A DNA stretch of 64,000 nucleotides from Mitosporidium daphniae (taxonomy: Eukaryota), in NCBI RefSeq assembly GCF_000760515.2, contig NW_013546178.1, positions 1 through 64,000 on the forward strand, written 5' to 3'. The notes beneath the pieces are model-generated. The model saw only the letters and a list, made by a program, of their open reading frames with translations, was not told the DNA's origin and did not search any database. The translations under genes and the position numbers were made by a program. This document shows, in pieces, positions 10,210 to 21,165 of the stretch (its first letter is position 1; the number at the start of each line of letters is the position of its first letter).

Positions 10210-11103
10210 ATGCGTAAGATGTGGCACTCCTCTAGGCTCAAATCGGCCAGAATGTCTCTGTTCAAATCAGGTGTCTTTTGTGCTGGTACAATCGTCTCTT
10301 CTTTTGTAATTCTAGCGTATGTTGAAGAACAAAGACTAAAAAATGAACGAAAAGAACAGGTTAATTTCTGGGGCAAATTACAATATTACGTTGGCAATCT
10401 TCACAGCAATACGCTAAAAAGTCACAACGCCAAATTCAACAATCGATTGACATGGGAGCTGGAGAATACCTGGTCCAGTCTCACATCCGCCCAGAAGACT
10501 TTATCTGCGCTGATTCTGGCCAACACCGCTGTATTTATTGGATGGAAAATCCCAGCATTGGTTCCCTTCATGCAGCGCCATTTTCTTCATTCTCCGCTTT
10601 CCAGTCCACACACACTATTAACATCCTCTTTTAGCCATTCCTCGTTCTTGCACCTATCATTTAACATGATAGCCCTATCTGCATTTGGTGGCTGGATACA
10701 TCAAGAGCTTGGAAGAGAGCAATTTTTATTTATGTATCTTTCGGCCGCAGTGACCTCCTCGTTTGTTTCGCAAGCATGGAAAGTGCTCGTTGGAAGAGAG
10801 AACATGCTCCACATACCATCACTTGGCGCATCTGGTGCGATCATGTCTTTGTTTGCAGCAACTGCTCATAGGAAGGACATCTCCATAGGATTAATCCTGC
10901 TCCCTGGCATCCATGTACCTTCAAACGTCGCTGTAGCTGGAATGGCCGCCGTGGATGCCTACTGCCTGCTTTTTAGATCTGCCACAAGCAGATTCGACCA
11001 TGCAGCGCACTTGGGCGGCTCTGCATTCGGGTACATTTATCCAATATACATTCCAAAACTCCTTTGGGAAAACAAAAGAAGCATTTTGGGATTTGACAAG
11101 TAA
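10210..11103 (+). CDS. PCP1: Mitochondrial rhomboid protease (PARL/Pcp1)
   Basis: Motifs TSSFSH, HLSFNM, catalytic GASG and HAAHLGG, with a basic presequence-like N-terminus. Confidence 0.9.
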   Translation: MRKMWHSSRLKSARMSLFKSGVFCAGTIVSSFVILAYVEEQRLKNERKEQVNFWGKLQYYVGNLHSNTLKSHNAKFNNRLTWELENTWSSLTSAQKTLSALILANTAVFIGWKIPALVPFMQRHFLHSPLSSPHTLLTSSFSHSSFLHLSFNMIALSAFGGWIHQELGREQFLFMYLSAAVTSSFVSQAWKVLVGRENMLHIPSLGASGAIMSLFAATAHRKDISIGLILLPGIHVPSNVAVAGMAAVDAYCLLFRSATSRFDHAAHLGGSAFGYIYPIYIPKLLWENKRSILGFDK

Positions 11104-11259
11104 TTCAACCCACCTTTTCACGCCTTGCAATCAAGTCTGCCTGTGTGAGAGAGGCCATGAATCAGCACCAAGCGGGTCATTAAATTATTTAAATTTTAAA
11201 AATTAAATTTGCAATCAGCAATCACCCTTGCTCAAGCTTTTCATTTTTCTAATTCTCGA

Positions 11260-11688
11260 ATGACTACAGTCCGTGACATTAACGCACATCAGTTTGTCAA
11301 GGCGTATGCTGCCCACCTCAAGCGCACCGGTGCACTTGAGGTTCCATCCTGGGTCAATATTGTGAAAACTGGAACGTCAAAGGAGCTTCCGCCTCAAGAT
11401 CCAGACTGGTTCTACACTCGCGCTGCCTCCATCGCTCGCCATATCTATCTGCGCGGTGGCGTAGGTGTAGGCGCATTGCGTACGGTTCATGGTTCGCGCG
11501 CTAACCGTGGAAACCGTCCCTCTCACCATGCAATTGGCTCCGGCTCTGTTGACCGCAAGGCTCTGCAGTCTCTCGAGAAACTAAAGGTCTTGGAAAAAGA
11601 CCCATCTGGTGGCCGCCGCATCACTTCAAACGGTCAGCGCGAGCTTGATCTTGTCGCCAAGCTTTGTGTAAGTTCATCTGCTCTCTAA
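11260..11688 (+). CDS. RPS19: 40S ribosomal protein eS19
   Basis: MTTVRDINAHQFVKAYAAHLKR...KELPPQDPDWFYTRAASIARHIYLR. True ATG is at 11260. Confidence 0.97.
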   Translation: MTTVRDINAHQFVKAYAAHLKRTGALEVPSWVNIVKTGTSKELPPQDPDWFYTRAASIARHIYLRGGVGVGALRTVHGSRANRGNRPSHHAIGSGSVDRKALQSLEKLKVLEKDPSGGRRITSNGQRELDLVAKLCVSSSAL

Positions 11689-11867
11689 TCAAATAAATTA
11701 CAACAAACCCCAGTTTCCAATTGGATTTCATAAAAATGAGCCGCCATGGCGAATATGGGCCGTGCTTCATTCTGATCGTATTTTTAGAAGGGGCAATTTC
11801 TACTATTCAAGTGTGAGGTTTGAGATTCCATTTTTTATTCGCACACCTTATCACAATTACCTGTAAA

Positions 11868-14255
11868 TTACAGACTAAGTGAGGCCACATAATCCTGGAT
11901 GTTGTCTGACGGGAAGCGCTTTACAACATGATTTTCACAAAGGTAGATTTCCGTGCAAATACTCTGAAGCAAACGGACATCATGGGAAACAACCACAACT
12001 GCACCCTGGAAGGCCTTTAAGGCGGCAATCAGAGCATCGATGGCATCCATGTCTAAATGGTTGGTAGGCTCATCTAGCACCATCACATGGGGCCGTTGGA
12101 GCGAAAGTGCCGCAAAGACAACTCGAGATTTTTGCCCACCAGACAGTGTGCTTATTTGCTGCAAAGCAAGTGCGCCAGAAAGTCCGAAGGCACCAAGGTG
12201 ACGGCGGGTTTCTTCGAGATCAGCTGCACGTCCGGGATCGCCAAACCGGCCGGCCAGCGCCTGCACGGCAGAGAGACTCATGTCAAGCCTATCAACGTGG
12301 TGTTGGGCAAAATATGCGACGCGAAGACGGCCCTGTACGGAGATTTTTGTCGCTCCACTGGTAGGCTCAAGATCCTTGGTAATTATCTTAAGGAACGTTG
12401 ACTTTCCAGCGCCGTTTGCACCTACCAGAGCAATTCTTGCTCCGGCGTGGATAGAAAATGCATCACAAGTAAGTGAAAACCCACCACTTGGATACTGGAA
12501 CGTTAATGTGGAAATATCGAGCCAAGGTTCGGGAAGTCGATCAGCGATCCCGGAAAACTGAAAAGAAACAGGCGGATCCACAGGCCATGGCTGGATAATG
12601 GGTAGCTTTTCGAGGACCTTGATCTTGGACTGCGCCAAAGCGGCCCTGGAGGCCTGGTAGCGCCAGCGGTCAATAAATACCTGAAGTGACTGGCGATATG
12701 CCAAGTTAGCAGCCCGCTCACGCTCGTGGTGAATTTGGCGCTCGGCTCTGGCTACAACAAATGAGGAATATGTAGCATTCTTGTAGCTGTCAAGAGTTCC
12801 GTGGTGCAAATGAAGGATATCGGTTGTGATTGTATCAAGAAAGTCACGGTCATGAGAAACTACAATCAGCGAGGAGCGCCATTCTTCACTCAAAAAGGAA
12901 GAGAGCCAACGCACCGAGGGCAAATCAAGCATATTTGTGGGCTCATCCAGCAGCAATAGATCTGGCCGGCAAAAGAGAGCTCGAGCAAGTGCTAAACGCA
13001 TTCTCCAACCGCCAGAAAATTGCCGTGTCGGCTGCTCCTGAACGGCGGGCACAAATCCAAGTCCGGCAAGTATCGTAGCGGCCCGCGCTCGCGCACCATC
13101 GGCACCAATTTCTGCCATGCGAATGTGAATCTTTGCGAGCTCTGCGAGTGCAGAGCCGCGGGCCGCTTCTGTGGCTGCAGATTCTGGTTGCGTTGCCATA
13201 AGAGCCTGAAGCTCTTCTTCCCTTGCAGTTAGTGAAGAAAGCAGCACATCAGCCTCCATGACCGAAACAATAGCAGGTGTATCATCACCATGAACCTCCT
13301 GCTCCACAAAGATGATCTTAATTTGACGTGGAACCGGAAGTTGGCGGGTCGCTAGTGCCCTTAATAGTGTAGATTTTCCTACGCCATTACGCCCAATTAG
13401 CCCGAGACGGCGCCCAAATGGTATTGAGAGCGTTCCATCAGTAATGATTGGTCGGCCTTTAAGATCGAGATCAAAGCCCTCGAGAAATACATCTCGTAAC
13501 CGCGTTCCAAAATCTTCATCATCATAAAGAGATACAGGCGCAGAATAAGAGGTCGTCTGGATATCAGCAACGGTTGCCGATGTGGTTGCCTTACGCCGCT
13601 CAGCTCGCCTAGCCCTTTGCGAAAGCACGTGGGGAGACTCTATGGTTGAGCATGTGTTTAGAGCAATTGTTCCTCCAATTCTACCATCCTCTTTCAATTG
13701 CGAAGCCGGAAAGATATCGGCTATCGTGGGTCCTGGTGTACAGCTTTCGTTAAACTCTACAGGCCGCTCGTCAAAGGGAGCACAGGAAATATTTGGAAAT
13801 AGAAGCAGAGGCACATCATCGGAATCCCAAGGAAGTATTTCTAATATTTCATCAACGAGTTCCGTAAGCGCTCCACTATGATTTTTATCAAAGTCTTCCC
13901 TCAACCAAGGCCATAAAAACGCTTCGAGAGAGGCCTTTAATTGATTTCCGAAGGAAATATTCGGTTCTCTGCTGCACTTTAGCAGCTCATTAGGAAGTGA
14001 AAATAAAGAGTCTATCAAATAACGCATAGCAACCCCGTTGGAAATACAATGGCGCCCTATTGCGCTTGATGAAAGCCATTTTTTCATCAATAATTGTAGT
14101 CGAGACTCCCTTGACTTGTGCTCTACCGAGGTGTTTCTATTCTCAAAGGGTGATTCTTGCATATGAGAACTTCTTAATTTAGTACATTGAGGGAAATTCG
14201 TTCCTGCTCCATCTGCACTGGTGGGCCCCTGTTGAGACTTTTCAGCCGGTCTCAT
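11868..14255 (-). CDS. GCN20: ABCF-family ATPase Gcn20/ABCF3
   Basis: Two ABC cassettes ([51 protein letters not shown]), no TM segments, and the linker [20 protein letters not shown]. Confidence 0.88.
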   Translation of the reverse strand: MRPAEKSQQGPTSADGAGTNFPQCTKLRSSHMQESPFENRNTSVEHKSRESRLQLLMKKWLSSSAIGRHCISNGVAMRYLIDSLFSLPNELLKCSREPNISFGNQLKASLEAFLWPWLREDFDKNHSGALTELVDEILEILPWDSDDVPLLLFPNISCAPFDERPVEFNESCTPGPTIADIFPASQLKEDGRIGGTIALNTCSTIESPHVLSQRARRAERRKATTSATVADIQTTSYSAPVSLYDDEDFGTRLRDVFLEGFDLDLKGRPIITDGTLSIPFGRRLGLIGRNGVGKSTLLRALATRQLPVPRQIKIIFVEQEVHGDDTPAIVSVMEADVLLSSLTAREEELQALMATQPESAATEAARGSALAELAKIHIRMAEIGADGARARAATILAGLGFVPAVQEQPTRQFSGGWRMRLALARALFCRPDLLLLDEPTNMLDLPSVRWLSSFLSEEWRSSLIVVSHDRDFLDTITTDILHLHHGTLDSYKNATYSSFVVARAERQIHHERERAANLAYRQSLQVFIDRWRYQASRAALAQSKIKVLEKLPIIQPWPVDPPVSFQFSGIADRLPEPWLDISTLTFQYPSGGFSLTCDAFSIHAGARIALVGANGAGKSTFLKIITKDLEPTSGATKISVQGRLRVAYFAQHHVDRLDMSLSAVQALAGRFGDPGRAADLEETRRHLGAFGLSGALALQQISTLSGGQKSRVVFAALSLQRPHVMVLDEPTNHLDMDAIDALIAALKAFQGAVVVVSHDVRLLQSICTEIYLCENHVVKRFPSDNIQDYVASLSL

Positions 14256-14495
14256 TGCACTTAAAATTTAAAGCTATTTTAAAACCAATTAATTAATGAA
14301 TTAATTAATTAATTGACAAAGTTTATAATGACAAAAAAATTATTAAAAAAAACATCACAAAGGATGTTCCACATTTAGAATGATTTCTATTTGTCAGCTG
14401 TGATTATGAACAAGAGCGCTGACCAATCATTGTCACCATCAAGTCCGATGTCGGGATAGGGTGTGAAAAGGCGCATTTTCACCAAATTACGCACT

Positions 14496-16748
14496 ATGCT
14501 ACTCACCGCGATAGATTCTCCCACCCTGATTCCAAGCGAGCCTAGGTTCGCCCATGCAAACCCCGATGTGCACATAGCTGAAAAGCCTGTCACTATTGAG
14601 GATCTATCCCTACTGTCTCAAGAACTTTCCGAGCTGGATGTCCCCAAAGGTGGGGCTCTCCACAAGGGCGGCCACATATCATCGCTGGACGTCCAACCCC
14701 AACCCCAACATCACCCACATCCACACCCACATCAATCCCGCCAGGTACAAGAACACACCTCATACCCTCACCAGCAAGCTCCAGACTTCTCGAATCATCT
14801 GTCATCCACGTATCCCACTTACCCCTACAACCAGCATCAGCACATCTCCGTCGTACAGCGCGAACATAGATGGTCCATACCAATGGCATTGCAGTTTAAG
14901 CCACCGCCTGAACAGGCGGACACGTTGCGAATGATGCCCAACGGAGAACAGACAGCGAGGTTGCCCTACCCTGGCCACCATATATTTCCGACCAGCAGGG
15001 TACATACAGGATCCACAAATCCTACGGCTACCTCTCAGTCCTTTGAGGCTACAAAACCTCAACTTTCTTCCACTCCGACGGAACAGTCTAAGGAGTACTT
15101 TTCCGCGATCATGAACAAAGATCATGTGACATATCCAGCGATTTTACCGAAGCAGAATCACGCCTCAGACACCTCATTGGGAGATGCATCACCACCATTA
15201 CCACTGCCCTCCGTTTCTGAAGTTAGCTCTATCTTCACCTTAGAGCTGATCCACGAAGATCTATGGAACCTTTTTGATCAGAATCACAATGAGATGATCA
15301 TAACGCGCTTTGGACGCTGTCTCTTCCCATCCCTCAAGTTCAAGCTATCTGTAGGTCCACGCTATCGCCAGAGCATCTCTGGCTCTTCAGTGATACAGCA
15401 TAACGGCGCGGGCTCTGCAGACGAACCGCTTATCGCCTTTGGACTACAGCTTATCAAGACATCTGCTGAGAAACTCAAATTCCGCCAAGGCTCCTGGATT
15501 CCAAACCACAGACATGGCATGAAATTTCAGTATGGCAACCGTTTTTCCTCCGATGCAACTGCCACGAGTAGCCCCACAAAGTCAGGAACATCCACTGCTG
15601 CCCCTGCTAACCAGGTAGTATATTGGCATCCCTCTGGCGTTCAATCGCTTTCTTTCTGGGCCAAATACGGACTATCCTTTCTAGATGCCAAACTGGCAAA
15701 TGGGAAAAAGTCTGCTCCACAACCTGCGGCTTCGGAAAAAGTCTCCGCCATAGATAAGAAAGGACCTAAGATGCCTCTGATTGCCCCTGGAGGTGAGGCC
15801 ACCCTCATAAACTGCCCCTTGGGTGTGCTTTTCCAGCTGGAGTCCTTTTACGAATACACACCGAAAGTTGTTTGCAAGGTTTATTCGATAGGGGAAAGTG
15901 GCTCGCGTGTACGACATGGAGCCTCTCCACTTCCAATACCGGGTTCAAACCCTTCGTACCGCCCTTCCCTGTCTGCAGAGTTTCTCTTCTCAAAATGCTC
16001 CTTCATTGCCGTGACACATTACCAAAACGCTGCCATCAATATGCTCAAGAAGCAGTACAATCCGCATGCAAAGGGCTTCATTCCAGACTCATCCACCGTT
16101 TCGATGCACCATCTTACTGAAGACGAACAAGAAAGTGAGGACAGAGTAGATGCCGAAGAAAATGTTGAGCAGGATTCAGATGAAGACGAGGTGGATGGAA
16201 TAACTTCTGGCGCATCTTATGACCTCAAGAAGGGAGCAGGGACATCTTATGGCCTCAAGGAGGCAGGAGGGACATCTTATGGCCTCAAGGAGACAGGAGG
16301 GGCATATAAACCGTCAGGGCGTATCTACCCCGCAAAGATACCTTCACCCTCCGGCTTTGAATCCCCTTCTCAAGAGCCGCAATCATTGCATGCCTCGGCA
16401 TACTATGGTGCAGCCCCTATTCCGGCCGGGTCTACATATCACTTGTCTGATTATCAGCTAAGCAACACCTTTCGCCAACGCCAACATGCATACTCGCTTC
16501 CATACAGTGCACCTCAAAATGCTGACAATGTTTCTTTCAACTCGTCAAATAATTTCCCCGGGGACAGAGCTTCCCACCCAACACCAACATCTGGTACACA
16601 AGTACGCAGATATCCCCAGCAACTGAGCACGGGAAGATTTTCTGCTTCTATGGATGCATATTTACCTGCAGAGCTTGAAGACACAGGAGCGGCTGTCGCT
16701 GCAGCCTTACTTGCTTCCTGGTATACTCAGAAGCAGCAGAATAAATAA
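14496..16748 (+). CDS. T-box transcription factor (T-box domain ~15234-16079, with insertions)
   Basis: LWNLFDQNHNEMIITRFGRCLFP, VYWHP, LESFYEYTPKV and FIAVTHYQNAAINMLKKQYNPHAKGF match the T-box hallmarks (EMIITKxGRRMFP; FIAVTAYQN...LKI..NPFAKGF). Confidence 0.92.
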   Translation: MLLTAIDSPTLIPSEPRFAHANPDVHIAEKPVTIEDLSLLSQELSELDVPKGGALHKGGHISSLDVQPQPQHHPHPHPHQSRQVQEHTSYPHQQAPDFSNHLSSTYPTYPYNQHQHISVVQREHRWSIPMALQFKPPPEQADTLRMMPNGEQTARLPYPGHHIFPTSRVHTGSTNPTATSQSFEATKPQLSSTPTEQSKEYFSAIMNKDHVTYPAILPKQNHASDTSLGDASPPLPLPSVSEVSSIFTLELIHEDLWNLFDQNHNEMIITRFGRCLFPSLKFKLSVGPRYRQSISGSSVIQHNGAGSADEPLIAFGLQLIKTSAEKLKFRQGSWIPNHRHGMKFQYGNRFSSDATATSSPTKSGTSTAAPANQVVYWHPSGVQSLSFWAKYGLSFLDAKLANGKKSAPQPAASEKVSAIDKKGPKMPLIAPGGEATLINCPLGVLFQLESFYEYTPKVVCKVYSIGESGSRVRHGASPLPIPGSNPSYRPSLSAEFLFSKCSFIAVTHYQNAAINMLKKQYNPHAKGFIPDSSTVSMHHLTEDEQESEDRVDAEENVEQDSDEDEVDGITSGASYDLKKGAGTSYGLKEAGGTSYGLKETGGAYKPSGRIYPAKIPSPSGFESPSQEPQSLHASAYYGAAPIPAGSTYHLSDYQLSNTFRQRQHAYSLPYSAPQNADNVSFNSSNNFPGDRASHPTPTSGTQVRRYPQQLSTGRFSASMDAYLPAELEDTGAAVAAALLASWYTQKQQNK
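16209..16305 (+). repeat. Three 30-bp coding repeats (G[AT]SY[DG]LK[KE]xx) in the T-box protein C-terminus
   Basis: catcttatg[a/g]cctcaag repeats with a 30-nt period. Confidence 0.85.
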
Positions 16749-16881
16749 TATTTAACATATAAATAGCCACTTTATTATGCAATGTAGATGCAGCAAAGAA
16801 ACCACTGAATGTGATACTGCTCGCTAGTTATCTTGACTAGCAAATGCCCAAGTAGGGTTAGGGTCTTGTTAAATAATTGAA

Positions 16882-19143
16882 TTAGAAATGCTGGGTCCAG
16901 GCACTGACTCTTTCCCGCGCATCAGCAACGCGTACACATGCCTTGGCAAGATCGGTGACAGTAAGATAGGCTGATGAGTCTTCAAAGTGTGAGGAGCTGC
17001 CTAAAAAAGACGAAATACCTACAAGTGACTCCTCCAAGGCTGTGAGTTCTTTGATAAGTGCTGTCTTAAGTACAAGTGCAAATAGGGGGCCTGGAGCTTC
17101 CAATATTTGCTCTTTTAGGATGTCATTCACATATTGGAGAGTTTTTTCTAGAAAAAGATCTGGTCTGGATTTTGCTGTGGAAAATATAGCAGGGATTATC
17201 ACTTCAATACTTTCAATGGAAGGGGGGAGAGTGGCCGCCACTTCTGGATTTGCCAAAAGCTCCCAAACCATTGTGGGAGTGCCAGTGCAAGAGGCAAGCC
17301 GAATTTGCCAATGCAGGGCATCAGTTACATATCCCAGCTCCTTGGCTTCTGAGAGTAACTTTGATATCATCATCTCTGGAGCCTTGGCAGACGATGATGA
17401 GTCAATATACAGGGACTTATTATGTGTGGGCTTGCTATTTGCACAGGATCCATTGAGGTGGATAGTCGCAGGTAGATTGTAAGTAACCGGGGAGGATGCA
17501 AGGAGAAATAGCAAATGAAACCAGCTAAACGTGGCTTTCTTTTGGCTGAGTAGCTCCATTACTCTAGTCCTATTCTCAACCACTGCTGCAGCCGCCGAAA
17601 TAATGTGGCTTAATGTAGTAGGGGCAGGGATCACATCTAATGCAAGCTCAAAGGTCTGCGACGCCAAGGCAGCTCTTCGCCAAAAGTCGAAAAGTACTTG
17701 ATCGTCATATTGAAGCAATAGTTTTGGATTTAGGCGATATATGGAACAGGCGGTCATCTCCGGAGACCGCAATAGAACTGAAGCCTCGAGCAAATCAACA
17801 ACAAATTTTCGGAACCGGTCACGCTCTTGGGGATCCTCGAGAGCAAGAAGCGATGGCGAAAATGTGGAAATTCGTCGCAAGAGTTGCACTGTAAGCAGAG
17901 CGAGAAATTCTCTTTCCTCAGCTTCCTTGCAAGCTTTATGCACACGACCAAGTGAGATCAGTTTTTGCAGCAGCCTTCGAAATTGAAGCATTGGAATTTG
18001 GCCCAAAGGAAGGTCACCCCAGACAGACTGCAGAATGCTACATTTTGGAGGGGTTGGCTGGGAAAGCATCCATTGCAGCAAATTTTTATCAACAAGGAAA
18101 GGTGGACTCGCAGCCTTTAGAGCTTCGCCATTGGAAGTTTCGGAAACTGATGGCTTAAAATGGCTGATTTCCTCCAGCAAAAGAAACGCAAGAGTGTAAA
18201 AGTGGTTGTCGATGGAATGGTCCAATAGGATAGAAACTCTGTCGGGATCATATTTGTAATTCGGATGTGAAAGAATGGCATTTTTGTAAAGCAGCAGAGC
18301 GATGCCCATTTTGGATGGGCCTTTCAAACAGCGGATGGCCAAGGTGGCCATATAAATCGATGGACGCGACGCCCCACTATTTCTACAGTACCATCGCAAC
18401 AGACGGATCGTATGATTCAAAAAGATCTCTCCACATGCGATGTCTTCTTTGGTGTGGGGAAAAAGTAGAATTTGAGAAGAAGACTGCTGCAAGGTTAGAT
18501 TACTTTTGGTATTTGACATTGAGAAACTAGAACATGGAAACGAACTCCTGTTGTTTTGGGTGTTATTTGCTCGAAAGACAAAGTAATAAAGGAGGCTTTG
18601 CGCAGCGTCTCCTGTTGTCAACTTTGCACTTGATAATAACCGAAGCAACGAGTCGGCCTCCTCCATTCTATTTAACACAAGTAGCGATCTGAACAGTGAG
18701 GAAGCGAGATATGAAATCATATCCGAATATTTGCTTACAAATTCAACACCAGATGACATCAAAAGCTTTTCAATGAACGAGCCAAGTGGCAAGAGCAGCT
18801 CTACGATCGAGCTATGACACGCAAGAAATGATGCCGACCTTTTTGGCAAGAGGAGACTTAGTTTATTTTCCAATTCAACGTTTAATCCAAACATCTTCTC
18901 CAAATCTGAGAATGAAGTTTGCTTCCCATACCGATGTGAAGCTTTGTGGGTCGATTTTGGCTCTGCAAGTGACCTTCGAAATTCGGCGGAATGGGTGGAA
19001 AAATGCCGATATCCACGCCTGGGGTAGAGTAAAGATAGTGTGCGCGAAACAAAGGCACTCCCTTTTTGAGTGTGGAACATTGGCAGATCCAATCGGCAAT
19101 TGGGTATCAATTGGGAGACACGAACCAGATCATTCCAACACAT
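16882..19143 (-). CDS. Hypothetical ~750-aa Leu-rich helical protein, possibly mitochondrial
   Basis: Long ORF with first plausible ATG at 19143, just after the AT-rich divergent promoter. Presequence-like RRGYRHFSTHS is near the N-terminus. No family recognised. Confidence 0.7.
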   Translation of the reverse strand: MCWNDLVRVSQLIPNCRLDLPMFHTQKGSAFVSRTLSLLYPRRGYRHFSTHSAEFRRSLAEPKSTHKASHRYGKQTSFSDLEKMFGLNVELENKLSLLLPKRSASFLACHSSIVELLLPLGSFIEKLLMSSGVEFVSKYSDMISYLASSLFRSLLVLNRMEEADSLLRLLSSAKLTTGDAAQSLLYYFVFRANNTQNNRSSFPCSSFSMSNTKSNLTLQQSSSQILLFPHTKEDIACGEIFLNHTIRLLRWYCRNSGASRPSIYMATLAIRCLKGPSKMGIALLLYKNAILSHPNYKYDPDRVSILLDHSIDNHFYTLAFLLLEEISHFKPSVSETSNGEALKAASPPFLVDKNLLQWMLSQPTPPKCSILQSVWGDLPLGQIPMLQFRRLLQKLISLGRVHKACKEAEEREFLALLTVQLLRRISTFSPSLLALEDPQERDRFRKFVVDLLEASVLLRSPEMTACSIYRLNPKLLLQYDDQVLFDFWRRAALASQTFELALDVIPAPTTLSHIISAAAAVVENRTRVMELLSQKKATFSWFHLLFLLASSPVTYNLPATIHLNGSCANSKPTHNKSLYIDSSSSAKAPEMMISKLLSEAKELGYVTDALHWQIRLASCTGTPTMVWELLANPEVAATLPPSIESIEVIIPAIFSTAKSRPDLFLEKTLQYVNDILKEQILEAPGPLFALVLKTALIKELTALEESLVGISSFLGSSSHFEDSSAYLTVTDLAKACVRVADARERVSAWTQHF

Positions 19144-19229
19144 CGAGTAAAATACAAGTGGTGGCTTAAATTTTAAGTAAATTTTGGCCTGTTTCCCAAA
19201 ACGGATGTTGATGGGTTTTGGTTTTAACC

Positions 19230-20501
19230 ATGTTGCCCGCCACTTGCAATAGAAAGACAAGACACCTCTGTGCGATTTTCCTTTCCTGTATTTTGGGCTT
19301 TGCTATTGGTTTTTCGCATGCTGACCCTGCTTGGGATGATATCTCTGTCAATACCCAATTTCCGGATGACTTTTTCAAGGCTTCGCCAGTTAAGTTTACC
19401 ATTATCGTCTTTTGCTGGAAGCGAGCAGAGTCTTTAAACAGACTTCTGGATTCTCTGATAAGATCCGACTATGCCGGCAAAAAGGTTGATTTGCAACTGC
19501 GTATTGATGGGAATTCCTCTATCGAGGTTGTTGATATTGTGTCGCAGTTTAAATGGCCCCATGGCTCCAAGAAGGTTGCACTTAAAAAAAGAAATGCTGG
19601 ACTTGCTAAGGTTGAAATTATTGCTTTCATTCTGTAGTCAATACTGAACGGATGGAACCCAAAATCTGCGTCTTCTTTTGCCATTATGCTCGAAGATGAC
19701 TGTGAGGTGTCAAGATTTTTCTTCCGATATCTGCTACTCGTTTTGGAAAAATTTGACATCCCAAATAAACTGACCGCTAATCCAGCGGACTTTTTCACAT
19801 CTGACCTTGAGAACTTGGTAGGGATTTCGTTGTATGCTCCGATTTTGAACGAACTTGTAAGTCCTACTCGGAACTGGAGTAGCGCCTCGATATTCAATAG
19901 CTCATATGGATCGCCATCATCGTCTGCCGAATTTTCTTCTACCTTTGGGTTAAGGGTTCGCTCGGCATCTTCATGTTTGAACACATTGTTACCATGCCCT
20001 GCTTTATATCGGTTCCAACTTCCCTGTTCGTGGGGTGCATTGTATTTCCCTTGGTGGTGGATTCGTCTTCAAAGATACTATCGCTATAGAACATCTAAAG
20101 CAAACATGCATCTCGATGTCTCCTATCTTGTCCCTAACTCTTATTCCAATTTTTGGTCCAAATCTTGGAAAAAGTGGGCATAATTTTCCTTATCAAATAA
20201 TAGGTTTTTTATAGAATTGTTTTATGCCCATTCATTGTTCATGGTTTATCCTAATACCAAGTATTCGTTCTCGACAAACCACGTTGAGCCCGGAGTTTAT
20301 GCATCGCATTTCCCCCACCGCTCCTCAAATTCATTCGCCGAAATACACCCATTGAGCAAAGGATATTTGGTTCCTCTTTTTACAGCTAAGGAGACCAATG
20401 CGACCGACCTACGAAAATGGATATACAAATGCCATGAAAGTGCGAATTTGAATAATCTCTCTTTTGTTAATCTCTACCATACTCTGGTTCCAAACAAATA
20501 A
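19230..20501 (+). CDS. Secreted or type-II GT-A/GT2-like glycosyltransferase; introns 19611-19637 and 20174-20203
   Basis: Signal or anchor sequence, then IIVFCWKRAESLNRLLDSL, WPHG, NAGLAK|SILNGW, LEDD.EVS, QLPCSWGALYFP, SWKK|FFIEL and FSTNHVEPG. Confidence 0.78.
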
Positions 20502-21165
20502 ACCAACGTTTAATGACTGAATTCATCAAACTGCAGTTCTAATTAAAAAGTATCCAATTTCTCAATCATGAACGGGAAGGGGATTCAATATGCCCCAGTA
20601 TGTTAGGAGGGATGCCATAATTGCATGGTGCACTTGAGAATCTTTAATATCAAAATGAACCATCTGATTGAAGAAATTGTAGAAACCACGCTCGGCTTTC
20701 GACTGTAAGGTTTCAGGGGTCGCCTTTGATGAACTGGATTTTCAGGCACCAGAAAGTATTTGAAATAAGGGTGTCTTCAAGCATTGAAATAGCATTAGCA
20801 CTTCAGGATGGGTTAGGGTAATAGATGGAGTTTCATTTCGCCCATAAGCTGATCGTATCTTCCATTGAAGGCACTGATGCCATGCATCCGGCGCAGCATG
20901 GGGGCCTTTTAACCTTAACCCTAGAGTTGACATCTTTGTAGCTCTCTGGGGCGCATATAAAAAGAAACCTTGAGGGCTGGTTTTTGTCTCACATTAAAAA
21001 AGGCCCGTTGGGATCGATGGCTAAATTCATGGCTGGGGTTCGATATGTTCTTCAATTGAAGGGTTAAAGGCTAACATTTAACGACATGGTATTTTAAATT
21101 TTAAATTTGGGGTGGAATTAGGGTTTGGACGGATGCCAAAGTTAAATTGAATTTTTTATTAATAC

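Noticed and set aside
11735..11780. TGGGCCGTGCTTCATTCTGA downstream of RPS19 resembles the U18 snoRNA guide plus D box
   Set aside because: Two mismatches to the expected LSU complement, wrong spacing to CTGA, and no C box.
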